A stretch of DNA of 64,000 nt, taken from the NCBI GenBank assembly GCA_030647555.1, contig JAUSJG010000024.1, forward strand, positions 3,878 through 67,877. The letters are read 5' to 3'. The stretch comes from a bacterium. Lineage in GTDB: Bacteria > Patescibacteriota > Andersenbacteria > UBA10190 > CAIZMI01. Every line of letters begins with the position of its first letter. Within the stretch, counting starts at the first letter, position 1. A program made the position numbers and the translations under genes. Under the pieces are notes generated by a model. It was not told where the DNA came from, ran no database searches, and saw only the letters and a program-made list of their open reading frames with translations. Shown here piece by piece: positions 17,824-27,318 of the stretch.

Positions 17824-20703
17824 GTGTCAAAAAGCAACATCCACAAGTTTCTAATTCAGGACGAAAGAAACCAGAAAGGAAAGGATCTACTGCGAGAGAT
17901 CAAAGCAACGCTGGGAATCGGGAGTATCACATCAGTCAACACTCGACAGATATACCGTCTGGAAGGTTTGACTCAAGAACAAGCATATGATTTTGCGATG
18001 AGAATTCTTTGTGAACCACTCATCCAAACATGTTCGACGACACTTCCAGAAACAGAAGATGATGCCCCCTTGTTGTGGTATGAAGTCGCTTACAAGCGCG
18101 GTGTCATGAACCCGGCGGCGGCATCGATTGTTAAAACAGCGCATGATGACGGCTTAGCGAACCTGATTGCGGCCGACACCAGTTGGACGTACTGCTTTCA
18201 CGGCAACCCGACCCAAGAAGAACTTGAGCGCATTTTTTCACGCCTCCTGGTGAACGCGACTGTTGAACAGTTAGTCACCGAGGAGCCACTGTCTCTTTTG
18301 ACCGCAGTTATCCCGGGACCAATTGAACTAGTCGCAATCAGGGAAATGACGGATGAGGAACTGACAACGCTTTCTTCGAACCGCAGTCTTTTTCTCAACC
18401 TTGAAGAAATGCGCGTCATCAGACAGTATTTCATCGAATTGGGACGCGATCCCACTGACGGCGAAATCGAGATGCTTGCCCAAACCTGGAGCGAGCACTG
18501 CTGTCACAAGATTGCTCGAGCCAAACTTAAGGATGCGGAAACAGGCGCGATGAAAGAACCGCTTCTGAGGCGCCTAAGAGAGGAATCTGCAAAGTATCCG
18601 GATAATGTTTTGTCGTCTTTTGTGGACAACTCCGGCGTCATCCTTTTCTACGATGGCTGGGCTATTTGCGCCAAAATCGAAACCCACAACGCACCCAGCG
18701 CTTTGGAACCGTATGGTGGTGCAAACACCGGAACCGGTGGCGTCATTCGCGACCCGATGGGCACCGGCCAGGGAGCCAAGACGATTTTGTCTGTCGACGT
18801 TTTTTGTGTGGCCCCACCTGATTTACCGTCTTCCGAACTGCCCGAAGGATGCTTGCCTCCCCGTTATCTTTTCCAACGCGTTGTTGCCGGCGTTCGCGAC
18901 TATGGCAATCGCATGGGAATTCCGACCAGCAATGGCTCGGTTCATTTCCATCCCGATTTTCGTGCTAAACCGTCGGTCATTGTTGGCGCTGTTGGGATCC
19001 TACCCGAAGATAAGTGCCAAAAAGGGGAACCTGAACCAGGTGACCTTATTTTGGTTCTGGGTGGCAGAACCGGACGCGACGGCATTCACGGCGCTACTTT
19101 TTCCAGCGGAATGATGACAGATAGCACGACGAGAATTAACGGCAGTGCCGTCCAAATCGGCAACGCGATCGAAGAAGAACGGCTTGAAGACGCGATTCTG
19201 GATTGCCGAGACGCAAATTTGACGCGCGCACTTACGGATTGTGGCGCGGGAGGTCTTTCTTCGGCAATCGGCGAAATGGGAGCGACAGTAGGAGCGGAGG
19301 TGTGGTTGGAAAAAGCCCCACTCAAATACTCCGGCCTTGCTCCCTGGGAGATTTGGATTTCGGAATCACAAGAACGCATGGTCGTTTGTTGCAAAGAAGC
19401 CGACGCTCCGACTATCCTTCAGTTTTGCAAGGCACGCAATGTCGAAGCAACCGTAGTCGGCAAATTCACCGGCAACAGCAGGATCCTGGTTACGCACAAC
19501 GACAACAGTCTTTGCGACCTTTCGATGGACTTTCTACACAACGGCCTTCCCCAGCGCGTCATGACAATGCGACGACGTGCCAAGCAGGAGATAGAGCGGC
19601 TAGAAGTTGATGAGCCCGGATCTTCTACAGAGTGGGAAAAGTTGTACGCGAGGGTCATGGCACATGGCAACGTCTGTTCGAAAGAACCGATTGTGCGCAT
19701 GTACGACCACCGCGTCCAAGGTTCGAGTGCACTAATGCCTTTTTCGGGTCCGTCACAAGCGGGTCCGAACGATGCAACAGTACTCTGCCCAATTCTCGGG
19801 AAACCGTACGGTGTCGTTTTTTCACATGGTCTCAACCCCGTTCTCAACCGTATTGATCCCTACCATGGCGGTCTTTGGGCGGCGGTAGAAGCTCTGTCGA
19901 ATTATGTTGCGGTAGGTGGTGATTACCACGAGGCCGCACTGATCGACAACTTCATCTGGCCGTATCCGGACGAAGAGTACCTTTGGGATTTGGATCAGTC
20001 TTTTGAAGCATGTATCACGGCGATGCGGTTGTTCGGGATTCCTTTCGTTTCCGGCAAGGATAGCCTCTCTAGCACCTACAAGAAACGAGGTCTAGTGATT
20101 CACGTTCCGCCCGTTCTGTGCGTATCCGTGTTTGGCAAAATTCCTGACGTTTCCAAAACGGTCACTGCTGACCTTAAGCGAAACGACTCTCTCCTCTTTC
20201 TTGCGGGAGAGCTCGACACGCAAAACCTCGGTGGCTCCGCATATTACGATGTGCTTGGTGTCGCTGGCGGAGGAGTACCTTTGGCAGACTATCTCAAACT
20301 GCCAACCCTCTTCGACTGGCTCCACCGGCATATTGTGACTGATGACATTCTCTCTTGCCATGACATTAGCGAGGGCGGACTTGGTGCCGCGATCGCCGAA
20401 ATGTGCATTGGCGGAGAAGTGGAAGCCGAAATATGTGTCCCCGAGAATTTCAACGGTCGACCCGACCATTGGTTCTTCAGTGAGACTTCGGGATGTTTTG
20501 TCCTAGAAGTATCGCGCGAAAAAGCTGGGCAGCTAATCGAGGACGCGGCCCGGCTGACAATTCCTTTAGCACTGATCGGCCGAGTCAGCTCCGACCAGGA
20601 CATCTGGCTCAAACACAGTGACGGTCAGCTGCTTTTTGTCTCTTCTCTTCGAGAACTCAAACAAAGTTGGCAGCAGCCAATGAAGGAGGTGTTCGGTGAA
20701 TAG
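17824..20703 (+). CDS. purL: Phosphoribosylformylglycinamidine synthase subunit PurL with N-terminal PurS-like extension
   Basis: QTWSEHC, ETHNAPSALEPYGGANTGTGGVIRD, DCGAGGLS, SESQERM, SGKDSL and HDISEGG motifs. Confidence 0.96.
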   Translation: MSKSNIHKFLIQDERNQKGKDLLREIKATLGIGSITSVNTRQIYRLEGLTQEQAYDFAMRILCEPLIQTCSTTLPETEDDAPLLWYEVAYKRGVMNPAAASIVKTAHDDGLANLIAADTSWTYCFHGNPTQEELERIFSRLLVNATVEQLVTEEPLSLLTAVIPGPIELVAIREMTDEELTTLSSNRSLFLNLEEMRVIRQYFIELGRDPTDGEIEMLAQTWSEHCCHKIARAKLKDAETGAMKEPLLRRLREESAKYPDNVLSSFVDNSGVILFYDGWAICAKIETHNAPSALEPYGGANTGTGGVIRDPMGTGQGAKTILSVDVFCVAPPDLPSSELPEGCLPPRYLFQRVVAGVRDYGNRMGIPTSNGSVHFHPDFRAKPSVIVGAVGILPEDKCQKGEPEPGDLILVLGGRTGRDGIHGATFSSGMMTDSTTRINGSAVQIGNAIEEERLEDAILDCRDANLTRALTDCGAGGLSSAIGEMGATVGAEVWLEKAPLKYSGLAPWEIWISESQERMVVCCKEADAPTILQFCKARNVEATVVGKFTGNSRILVTHNDNSLCDLSMDFLHNGLPQRVMTMRRRAKQEIERLEVDEPGSSTEWEKLYARVMAHGNVCSKEPIVRMYDHRVQGSSALMPFSGPSQAGPNDATVLCPILGKPYGVVFSHGLNPVLNRIDPYHGGLWAAVEALSNYVAVGGDYHEAALIDNFIWPYPDEEYLWDLDQSFEACITAMRLFGIPFVSGKDSLSSTYKKRGLVIHVPPVLCVSVFGKIPDVSKTVTADLKRNDSLLFLAGELDTQNLGGSAYYDVLGVAGGGVPLADYLKLPTLFDWLHRHIVTDDILSCHDISEGGLGAAIAEMCIGGEVEAEICVPENFNGRPDHWFFSETSGCFVLEVSREKAGQLIEDAARLTIPLALIGRVSSDQDIWLKHSDGQLLFVSSLRELKQSWQQPMKEVFGE

Positions 20704-21484
20704 ACCGAGGGTTTGCACCCTTTTAACAGACGGAATAAATTGCGAAAAAGAAACCGGCTATGCATTTGAAAAGGCCGGCGGACAATCGCAACTAGTTCAC
20801 ATCAATCAGCTTCGAAACCGTTCCGTCTCGCTCATGGATTTCGACATTCTCGCAATTCCCGGTGGCTTCTCTTACGGTGATGACATTGCCGCCGGAGTGG
20901 TTCTTGGAAACGAATTGATGTCATTCCTGCGAGATCAGTTACTCGCCTTTGTTGAAGCGAAACGTTTGGTACTTGGAATTTGCAACGGATTCCAGGTGCT
21001 TGTGAGGACGGGCTTACTCACACCATCAAATGCGAGTCTGCAATCCCCACGCATTGCACTCGTCGCAAATGACTGCGGCAAGTTCGTATGTCGCTGGGTG
21101 TCGATGACGGTATGCCAAGAATCCCTTTGCGTATTTACGCAGGGAATCGACAACATACCATTTGAGGCGCCGGCGGCACATGCGGAAGGAAAACTAGTCG
21201 CAGACGAACCCACCCTCCAGTGGATTACGGATCACCACCTGGCACCGTTACGCTACTGCGAGGCGGATGGAAATAACACGATGCGCTATCCCGCAAATCC
21301 CAATGGGTCACGTCTTTCCATAGCAGGAGTGTGTAATGACAAAGGAACGGTGTTCGGGATGATGCCACATCCCGAGGCCAACATTGAGCCTCATCACTAC
21401 TTCAACTGGCGCCGTCGGCCTCAAAACTCAAGGCCGCACGGGCTAAAGATCTTTGAAAACGCAATCCGCTACGCGCGGACATAG
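20696..21484 (+). CDS. purQ: FGAM synthase glutaminase subunit
   Basis: GINCE, PGGFSYGD, LGICNGFQ, AHAEG, NPNGS and MMPHPE motifs. Confidence 0.96.
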   Translation: MNRPRVCTLLTDGINCEKETGYAFEKAGGQSQLVHINQLRNRSVSLMDFDILAIPGGFSYGDDIAAGVVLGNELMSFLRDQLLAFVEAKRLVLGICNGFQVLVRTGLLTPSNASLQSPRIALVANDCGKFVCRWVSMTVCQESLCVFTQGIDNIPFEAPAAHAEGKLVADEPTLQWITDHHLAPLRYCEADGNNTMRYPANPNGSRLSIAGVCNDKGTVFGMMPHPEANIEPHHYFNWRRRPQNSRPHGLKIFENAIRYART

Positions 21485-21487
21485 CCA

Positions 21488-21513
21488 CTGGCATTCCCAA
21501 TGCCAGTTTTTTT
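21488..21513 (+). terminator. Intrinsic terminator of purLQ
   Basis: ACTGGCATT-CCC-AATGCCAGT followed by a T run. Confidence 0.8.
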
Positions 21514-22678
21514 ATTGATCAAATACCAACTTCGCCGCTCCTAACGCCGTTCCGTCAAAAATTTTTTGGGGCACAATTTTTATTCCGGAAATTTCTTCTT
21601 GAAATTTTCCAACAATTCCATCGCGCATCACCCCACCATCTATCACAATTTCCGTCGGTTTATGCGGTAACTTCTTAATTACTTTATCTACATCAATCGC
21701 GATTTCTTTCAGATATTTTTTAAGCGCCGGTTTATCGGCCAACAATTTCAAAACTTCCTTGGCCCCGCGATCCATTTTTGCTTCAATCGCGAAGTTTTCG
21801 CCACCGGCCGTGATTGTTGTAAAAAATCCTTCACGTAACAAAAACTCTTTGCCGATAATTTGCATGATGAATGTGCCCGTCCCGTATGTAATTTTTGTCG
21901 TCCCTTCCGTGTCCCCCGCCGCATAAAGACTGGCTTGCTGATCGCCACAGACTGTAAGAATTGGTAGAGAAAATCCTAATATATCTTTTTTTAGATTTCC
22001 AAAGTGACCCTGCGTTTTTTTAATTTCCGGCAGAATTTCTATATTAACATTAAACATATTCAATAATTCATCGTCCCATTGTTTGGTTTTGATATTACAA
22101 AGCAGGGTGCGTGTGGCATTTGTCACGTCGGTGCTAAACACCTGTTCTTCAGTCAAATTCCATAAAAGCCAGGAATCTACTGTCCCGCAAGCCAAACAAT
22201 TTTTCTCTGCTGCTAATTTTACTTCCGGCACGTTATCTAAAAGCCAGCTGATTTTTGACGCAGAAAAATACGGAAGAATCGGCAAGCCGGTTTTTTGCAA
22301 AACCACTTCTCCAAATTTTTTTGCCAATTCCTGACAATATTCATTCGTGCGCGTGTCTTTCCAAACAATCGCCGGATAAAACGGCCAAGCTGTTTTCTTG
22401 TCCCAAGCAATAATCGTTTCCCGTTGGTTGGTGATGCTCATTCCCAAAAAATCTTCTTCCTTTATTTTACTGGCGCTTACTGCCTCCGCTAAAACTTCTT
22501 TGCTCAATTGAATAATTTCAGCGGGGTCTTGTTCCACGTGCCCGGGATGCAACCTTATTTCTCCGATTGTCCGATTGGCCTTCGCAACAATATCGCCACC
22601 CCTGGAAAATACAAACGCCTTGATACCCGTCGTGCCGACATCCAAAACTAAAACAAATTTATTTTCGAGGGATTTCAC
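21512..22678 (-). CDS. glpK: FGGY-family glycerol kinase-like protein, shortened; probable GTG start at 22678
   Basis: LDVGTTG, ITNQRET, YFSASK, GTVDSW, TDVTNATRT, GDQQASL and KITYGTGTF motifs. Confidence 0.8.
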   Translation of the reverse strand: MKSLENKFVLVLDVGTTGIKAFVFSRGGDIVAKANRTIGEIRLHPGHVEQDPAEIIQLSKEVLAEAVSASKIKEEDFLGMSITNQRETIIAWDKKTAWPFYPAIVWKDTRTNEYCQELAKKFGEVVLQKTGLPILPYFSASKISWLLDNVPEVKLAAEKNCLACGTVDSWLLWNLTEEQVFSTDVTNATRTLLCNIKTKQWDDELLNMFNVNIEILPEIKKTQGHFGNLKKDILGFSLPILTVCGDQQASLYAAGDTEGTTKITYGTGTFIMQIIGKEFLLREGFFTTITAGGENFAIEAKMDRGAKEVLKLLADKPALKKYLKEIAIDVDKVIKKLPHKPTEIVIDGGVMRDGIVGKFQEEISGIKIVPQKIFDGTALGAAKLVFDQ

Positions 22679-23594
22679 AAACCAGTTGTTTAGCGTCCGT
22701 GGTGCCACACGCGCAGATCGCCAAAGGAAAATATTCGACAATCGATTTTTTTTCAACAATTACCAAGTGCAAAATATTCAACAACGGATAACGAGAATAT
22801 TTTCCCAGACGCTTACAGATTTGGGCAATTGATTTCGTCCCCTCGCTGGTCATCGCGGAGGCAGGATCTTTCACCAAGCTCACGCCGGTTTGATGATTGT
22901 GAGAATCATTACTAAAACCGGTCGCCACTAAATCGCCAATACCGGATTGTCCGTAAACAGTCACCTTCTTTCCCCCCAATTTTGGCACAATTTCACTCAT
23001 TTCCAAACAAGCTTGCGCCACATACCAACCGCGAAAATTACTACCCAGTTCCAAACCATGGGTAATCCCCAAGCCAACCGAATAAATATTTTTCAAAACA
23101 CCCGTTAGTGCGACCCCGCGCATGTCGGTAGAAAAAGTAAGTCGTAAATCATGGCAACGGAATAAGGGAATTACTTTTTTAGCCATTCCGGCAGAATATG
23201 CCGCCAAAACTGCCGCTGTTCCTTTTCCCGCACTTATTTCTTCCGCAATCATCGGACCGTATAACAACATTCCTCTTTTTCGCCCCAAATACTCCTTGAG
23301 AACTTGATCCATCGTTTTGCCTGTATTTGCTTCTAATCCCTTGGCCAAAACAATCACGGGAACACTTCTGCCCACCTCGTCGGAAATATCACTCAAAACG
23401 GCACGTACCGCTTTTGAGGGAATGGCTAAAAAAATGACGTCCGCGTTAGGTACCAATTCCCGAAGATTTTTTTGTTTTGGCACTTTCTTTGGCTCGCTAT
23501 CCCAAAAATCGACTGTGCACTTATTTGCTTTAACGAGAATTTTCGCAATCGCCTGTCCAATCTCTCCCGCGCCAATAATAAGAACTTTTTGCAT
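22659..23594 (-). CDS. gpsA: NAD(P)H-dependent glycerol-3-phosphate dehydrogenase
   Basis: IGAGEIG, AKGLE, GPMIAEE, GVLKNIY and SGIGDLVAT motifs. Confidence 0.9.
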   Translation of the reverse strand: MQKVLIIGAGEIGQAIAKILVKANKCTVDFWDSEPKKVPKQKNLRELVPNADVIFLAIPSKAVRAVLSDISDEVGRSVPVIVLAKGLEANTGKTMDQVLKEYLGRKRGMLLYGPMIAEEISAGKGTAAVLAAYSAGMAKKVIPLFRCHDLRLTFSTDMRGVALTGVLKNIYSVGLGITHGLELGSNFRGWYVAQACLEMSEIVPKLGGKKVTVYGQSGIGDLVATGFSNDSHNHQTGVSLVKDPASAMTSEGTKSIAQICKRLGKYSRYPLLNILHLVIVEKKSIVEYFPLAICACGTTDAKQLVCEIPRK

Positions 23595-23601
23595 AAATCA
23601 A

Positions 23602-24330
23602 TTATAGCTTAAAACCGCCCGAAACGTTTGCTTTTGCCCATTGATTCAGCCATTTTACCTGTCCCTCACTCACGCCACCTTGAAACGCGCGGGATTCTTC
23701 AATTGCTTTATCCATTGGCCAGCCTTGCACGGAATAACGATACAGAACAACCATTGTTCCAGCCCTGCCAATGCCACCACGACAATGCACGTGCACCGGT
23801 TGATTAGCGGGATTTGTCACAAAAGTCAAAAATTCTTTCGCCTGTGCATCCGTTGGTGGTGATCCGTCGGCAATCGGAAGTGCTAAATAATTTAACCCCA
23901 AAGCATTAAACCCAGGAATCTTACGATCATCACCCACTTCGCCACGTTCGCCATCGACACGCAGATCAATATCGCTTTTCCAGCCATTCTCTTTCATCCA
24001 CTTAAACCCAGATAATAACGGCTGTCCAGAACGTGATAAAATATTCGGCACCGGCATCGCAAACGACCAGAGGCCATAATCTTTCGGGGCATTGCTTGGA
24101 ATCCCCTGCCTTGGTCCCACAAAAACAATGTTTGGCGCCGTACTAGGAACGACCGTCTGGACAGCCAGTTCATTCTTTTGTGAGACAGACGATGAAACAG
24201 GCAATTTTGTCGGATTTGTAATTTCCAATGGCAAAGACAACTTATTGTCTTTAGGGCGCAATCCAAACCAAACGCCAAGAATTACAACAACCAAGACCGC
24301 TAAACCAATAATTATTTTATTCTTTTTCAT
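23602..24330 (-). CDS. Membrane-anchored Cys-dependent (PTP/DSP-like) phosphatase
   Basis: RSGQP and VHVHCRGGIGRAG (CX5R); N-terminal TM helix. Confidence 0.88.
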   Translation of the reverse strand: MKKNKIIIGLAVLVVVILGVWFGLRPKDNKLSLPLEITNPTKLPVSSSVSQKNELAVQTVVPSTAPNIVFVGPRQGIPSNAPKDYGLWSFAMPVPNILSRSGQPLLSGFKWMKENGWKSDIDLRVDGERGEVGDDRKIPGFNALGLNYLALPIADGSPPTDAQAKEFLTFVTNPANQPVHVHCRGGIGRAGTMVVLYRYSVQGWPMDKAIEESRAFQGGVSEGQVKWLNQWAKANVSGGFKL

Positions 24331-24401
24331 ACTTGTATTCTAGCACTTTAAGGATCACCCCTAAAGTCAGCGTTCATAAATCATATATCATCAATCATTA
24401 T

Positions 24402-25451
24402 TCACGGACTATTCTGATCAATCGCGATTGTTGTGACGTATCCTAATTTTTTATATTCATTGACCAGTTTGCCGGTAGTCGGCGTCACTTCCAAAACACC
24501 TCCGGAAATAGCGATTAAAACATTGCCATTCCCCAACTTAACTACATCCGTCGGGTGGTTGATTTTGCGACCACCTTCTAAAGTACTTAGCGTCCAAAGA
24601 ATTTTTCCTTGCTTATCAACTTCAAAAACTTCATTTTTATTCCTATCTTCCATGACGAAGGTGTCGGTGTTTGTCGGCCAAACGTGTTGAATCCACCCTG
24701 CATCCGGTTTCGTCCATTCCCAAACAATATTTTTTGTGGCTCGATCAATAATCAAAACCTTCTTCTGTAGGGTATCTGTAATAAGAATTTGTTTGCCCCC
24801 ATCCAATGGAACAGTATTTGTTCCCGCCATCAACATTCCCGGTTTCGTCCCCATTTTCAAAGTCTCGCCATATTGCCAGACAATTTTATTGGTATTTTGA
24901 TCGACGATAATTACGCGACGATTGTTGCCGTCGTTAATCAAAACTTCGTGGTCGTTAATCTTAAATGTTTTATCCGGCTGATGCAGATAACCATCCGAGT
25001 AACCCTGAATATCTTTTTTGCCATATTGCCAAACCAACTGGTGCGTTTTTCGATCGATTTCTTGCACGAACATTCCTTCGCCGTCCGAAACAATTAAATT
25101 GCCGTTTGAAGCAACAGTTACATATTCGGTATGCGTGGAATAACCGCTTGGGGGGAGTGGTGGCGCATCCATGTGCTGAATCCACACTTGTTTTCCCGCT
25201 CGATCGATCCCAACAACCCGTTTTCCATCAAAATCCGTATACCAAAGTGTGACAAAATCCAGGGGCACTGGAGTTGTTGCCAATGTCACAATCTGATTTT
25301 TTGCCGCCGGCAACCGTTTTCCTGCGAGTTTTAAAATATAATTGGCTACCCTGGAAGCATCTTTCCCACTACCGACATACAAACTACCGACACCGGCAAT
25401 TATCGCTGTGACAACAAGCACTGTGGTTATCGAAACTTTTTTATTAGCCAT
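24402..25451 (-). CDS. Secreted beta-propeller protein (PQQ/NHL-like repeats)
   Basis: Repeated xxxD..N.RV..VD....IVWQYG blades; N-terminal hydrophobic helix. Confidence 0.75.
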   Translation of the reverse strand: MANKKVSITTVLVVTAIIAGVGSLYVGSGKDASRVANYILKLAGKRLPAAKNQIVTLATTPVPLDFVTLWYTDFDGKRVVGIDRAGKQVWIQHMDAPPLPPSGYSTHTEYVTVASNGNLIVSDGEGMFVQEIDRKTHQLVWQYGKKDIQGYSDGYLHQPDKTFKINDHEVLINDGNNRRVIIVDQNTNKIVWQYGETLKMGTKPGMLMAGTNTVPLDGGKQILITDTLQKKVLIIDRATKNIVWEWTKPDAGWIQHVWPTNTDTFVMEDRNKNEVFEVDKQGKILWTLSTLEGGRKINHPTDVVKLGNGNVLIAISGGVLEVTPTTGKLVNEYKKLGYVTTIAIDQNSP

Positions 25452-25512
25452 ACCAAAACATAGAAATACCTATTCCATAGTTTAGCATTATTTTATCTCT
25501 TTCACTAACCAA

Positions 25513-26106
25513 CTACTCAATGACAACGCCTTCTTCCAGCAAGATTTGATAGTGAACAGGGGATTGGCGAAAAAGATACTCCACCACCTTGCCACGAACG
25601 GAAGCAAGCTTAAGGTCGTGCTTTGACGCAAAACTCACGATTTGCTTTTCCGCGTCTTTCGTTCCCGCAACATCATCAATCAAAAGCTCTACCTCGGCCA
25701 GCGCGTAACCAAAATCGCACGCATCAATGTCAATATTAAATTGTTCTTTTTTGAATTTTTCACGCCGTGTAGTAATAGTAACAAATGGAACATACCCCGC
25801 CGTCTTTAAATCGATCAGAAATTCCCCACCCTTGGGGATATTTAACATCTGACGCACTTCTTCCTCCGCAGTAAACTCCTCATAACGATTACACAAGTGT
25901 TCGTTCTTTTCTTCCGTTTCCAACGGCATTTTCAATTCCACCTGTTTATCGCGCATTCGAAGCCAAATATCATTTTTAGTAAGTTCGTAATTGTGTTTAT
26001 CGAAATAGGTGTCAGTAAAAACTTTCTCGCCCAAAAATTTCGCACCCTTCTTCAAGCGTTTTTCCTGCGCAGGAGTCAACAAAAACTTCTTTTCAATTTC
26101 AATCAT
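25513..26106 (-). CDS. CYTH-domain triphosphate tunnel metalloenzyme
   Basis: EIEKKF, DTYFD, WLRMR and AEVEL motifs. Confidence 0.9.
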   Translation of the reverse strand: MIEIEKKFLLTPAQEKRLKKGAKFLGEKVFTDTYFDKHNYELTKNDIWLRMRDKQVELKMPLETEEKNEHLCNRYEEFTAEEEVRQMLNIPKGGEFLIDLKTAGYVPFVTITTRREKFKKEQFNIDIDACDFGYALAEVELLIDDVAGTKDAEKQIVSFASKHDLKLASVRGKVVEYLFRQSPVHYQILLEEGVVIE

Positions 26107-26135
26107 AAATCGGATGATACAGGACTTTTTAAGTT

Positions 26136-26735
26136 TTATCTATTATTTTTGTGGGATTTGGAAACTAGCCATTTAACCAATGCAATAATTCCAACGATAC
26201 CCAATACCCACCAAATCACGGTAAATAGACTACCCGCTCCACCACCGTAAGAATAGCCAAAATTCATCATAGAATTATAACCGCGTCCCGAACTATTAAA
26301 CGTTCCACTTCCGCCCATCATATTCATCATCGACATAAATCCGACATCTTGCGCCGGAAAAGCGACCATCGTATCACAACCGCTGAAACGTTTACCCATC
26401 ACAATGTGCATTTGTTCTTCGCCGGACTTTCCCATCATCCTCTGCATCATTTCGTTCATCACGATGTGCCTTTGTGTATCACCGATCGATTGACCCATAA
26501 AATATTCACCAATTTTTTCAAAGTTGTCATCCGTAAGTTGAGAACAATTGATGGTTTTTTGACTTAATTGATCCAAAAACTTTTTCCCGTCTTGTTCTTC
26601 TTGTTGCTGACTCTGTACAACCGAGCTATCTGCCGTTTGATTTATATATCCCATCATCCCCTGCGCAAGAGTTGCGCTTGGTAGGAATACTGCCAAGCCT
26701 AACGCAACTAAACCGATTAAAAATATTTTATTCAT
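26136..26735 (-). CDS. Met-rich secreted/membrane protein of the copper locus
   Basis: Signal peptide, HIVMNEMM..MM...MHIVMG and a C-terminal TM helix. Confidence 0.7.
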   Translation of the reverse strand: MNKIFLIGLVALGLAVFLPSATLAQGMMGYINQTADSSVVQSQQQEEQDGKKFLDQLSQKTINCSQLTDDNFEKIGEYFMGQSIGDTQRHIVMNEMMQRMMGKSGEEQMHIVMGKRFSGCDTMVAFPAQDVGFMSMMNMMGGSGTFNSSGRGYNSMMNFGYSYGGGAGSLFTVIWWVLGIVGIIALVKWLVSKSHKNNR

Positions 26736-26759
26736 TTAGATTGTAATTAATTGTAAACT

Positions 26760-27017
26760 TTAATGACAGCTACTGTTGTGTTTTGAATCACTGTCGTCTT
26801 TCGTGTCAGAATTTTCTTGATCGTTTTTGGGAGCAGAATGCTTTTTGTGCATCCAAAAATGCAACACCAAAAAACCGCCGATAAAAATCGGCCATAAATA
26901 CCACCGCGAAAGCCACTGGCCGGCACCAGGAATAAGAACCAACAGCGGAAAAAGACAACACAGCATCATCAGCCACATCATTGGCGAACTGCTATCGCCG
27001 TGTTTATGATTTGACAT
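26760..27017 (-). CDS. Small His/Met/Cys-rich membrane protein (DUF2933-like)
   Basis: MMLCC, HFWMH and C-terminal SCH. Confidence 0.65.
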   Translation of the reverse strand: MSNHKHGDSSSPMMWLMMLCCLFPLLVLIPGAGQWLSRWYLWPIFIGGFLVLHFWMHKKHSAPKNDQENSDTKDDSDSKHNSSCH

Positions 27018-27020
27018 AGT

Positions 27021-27290
27021 TTATTTGTTCCTTTCTTCAAGGCTGGCATTAAACATCCAAACCATATAACAACCATAAATAACAGAAAAAACCAATACGT
27101 ATGCGGTACCCAAAATTACACTTCCAAAATTTATCCAAGTAAATCCAGGTAACGTCTCAAAAAGGGCATGGTGTAATTCCATCCCTTGGGTAGACCGCAA
27201 CGGAAGAAACCCGCCGAGCAAACAAACAGCATAAACTATTTCACCACCCAAGACACAGCGCCAAACGTACTTAACTAACGATAATTTCAT
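27021..27290 (-). CDS. DUF5676-like small membrane protein; probable start 27290
   Basis: CLLG...H..LFETLPGFTW.....ILG pattern with two TM helices. Confidence 0.65.
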   Translation of the reverse strand: MKLSLVKYVWRCVLGGEIVYAVCLLGGFLPLRSTQGMELHHALFETLPGFTWINFGSVILGTAYVLVFSVIYGCYMVWMFNASLEERNK

Positions 27291-27318
27291 ATTTTTAAAA
27301 TATTTATAAATAAATTTT

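Noticed and set aside
22679-22759. N-terminal extension of the glpK-like ORF
   Set aside because: Lies inside gpsA; homology starts near GTG 22678.
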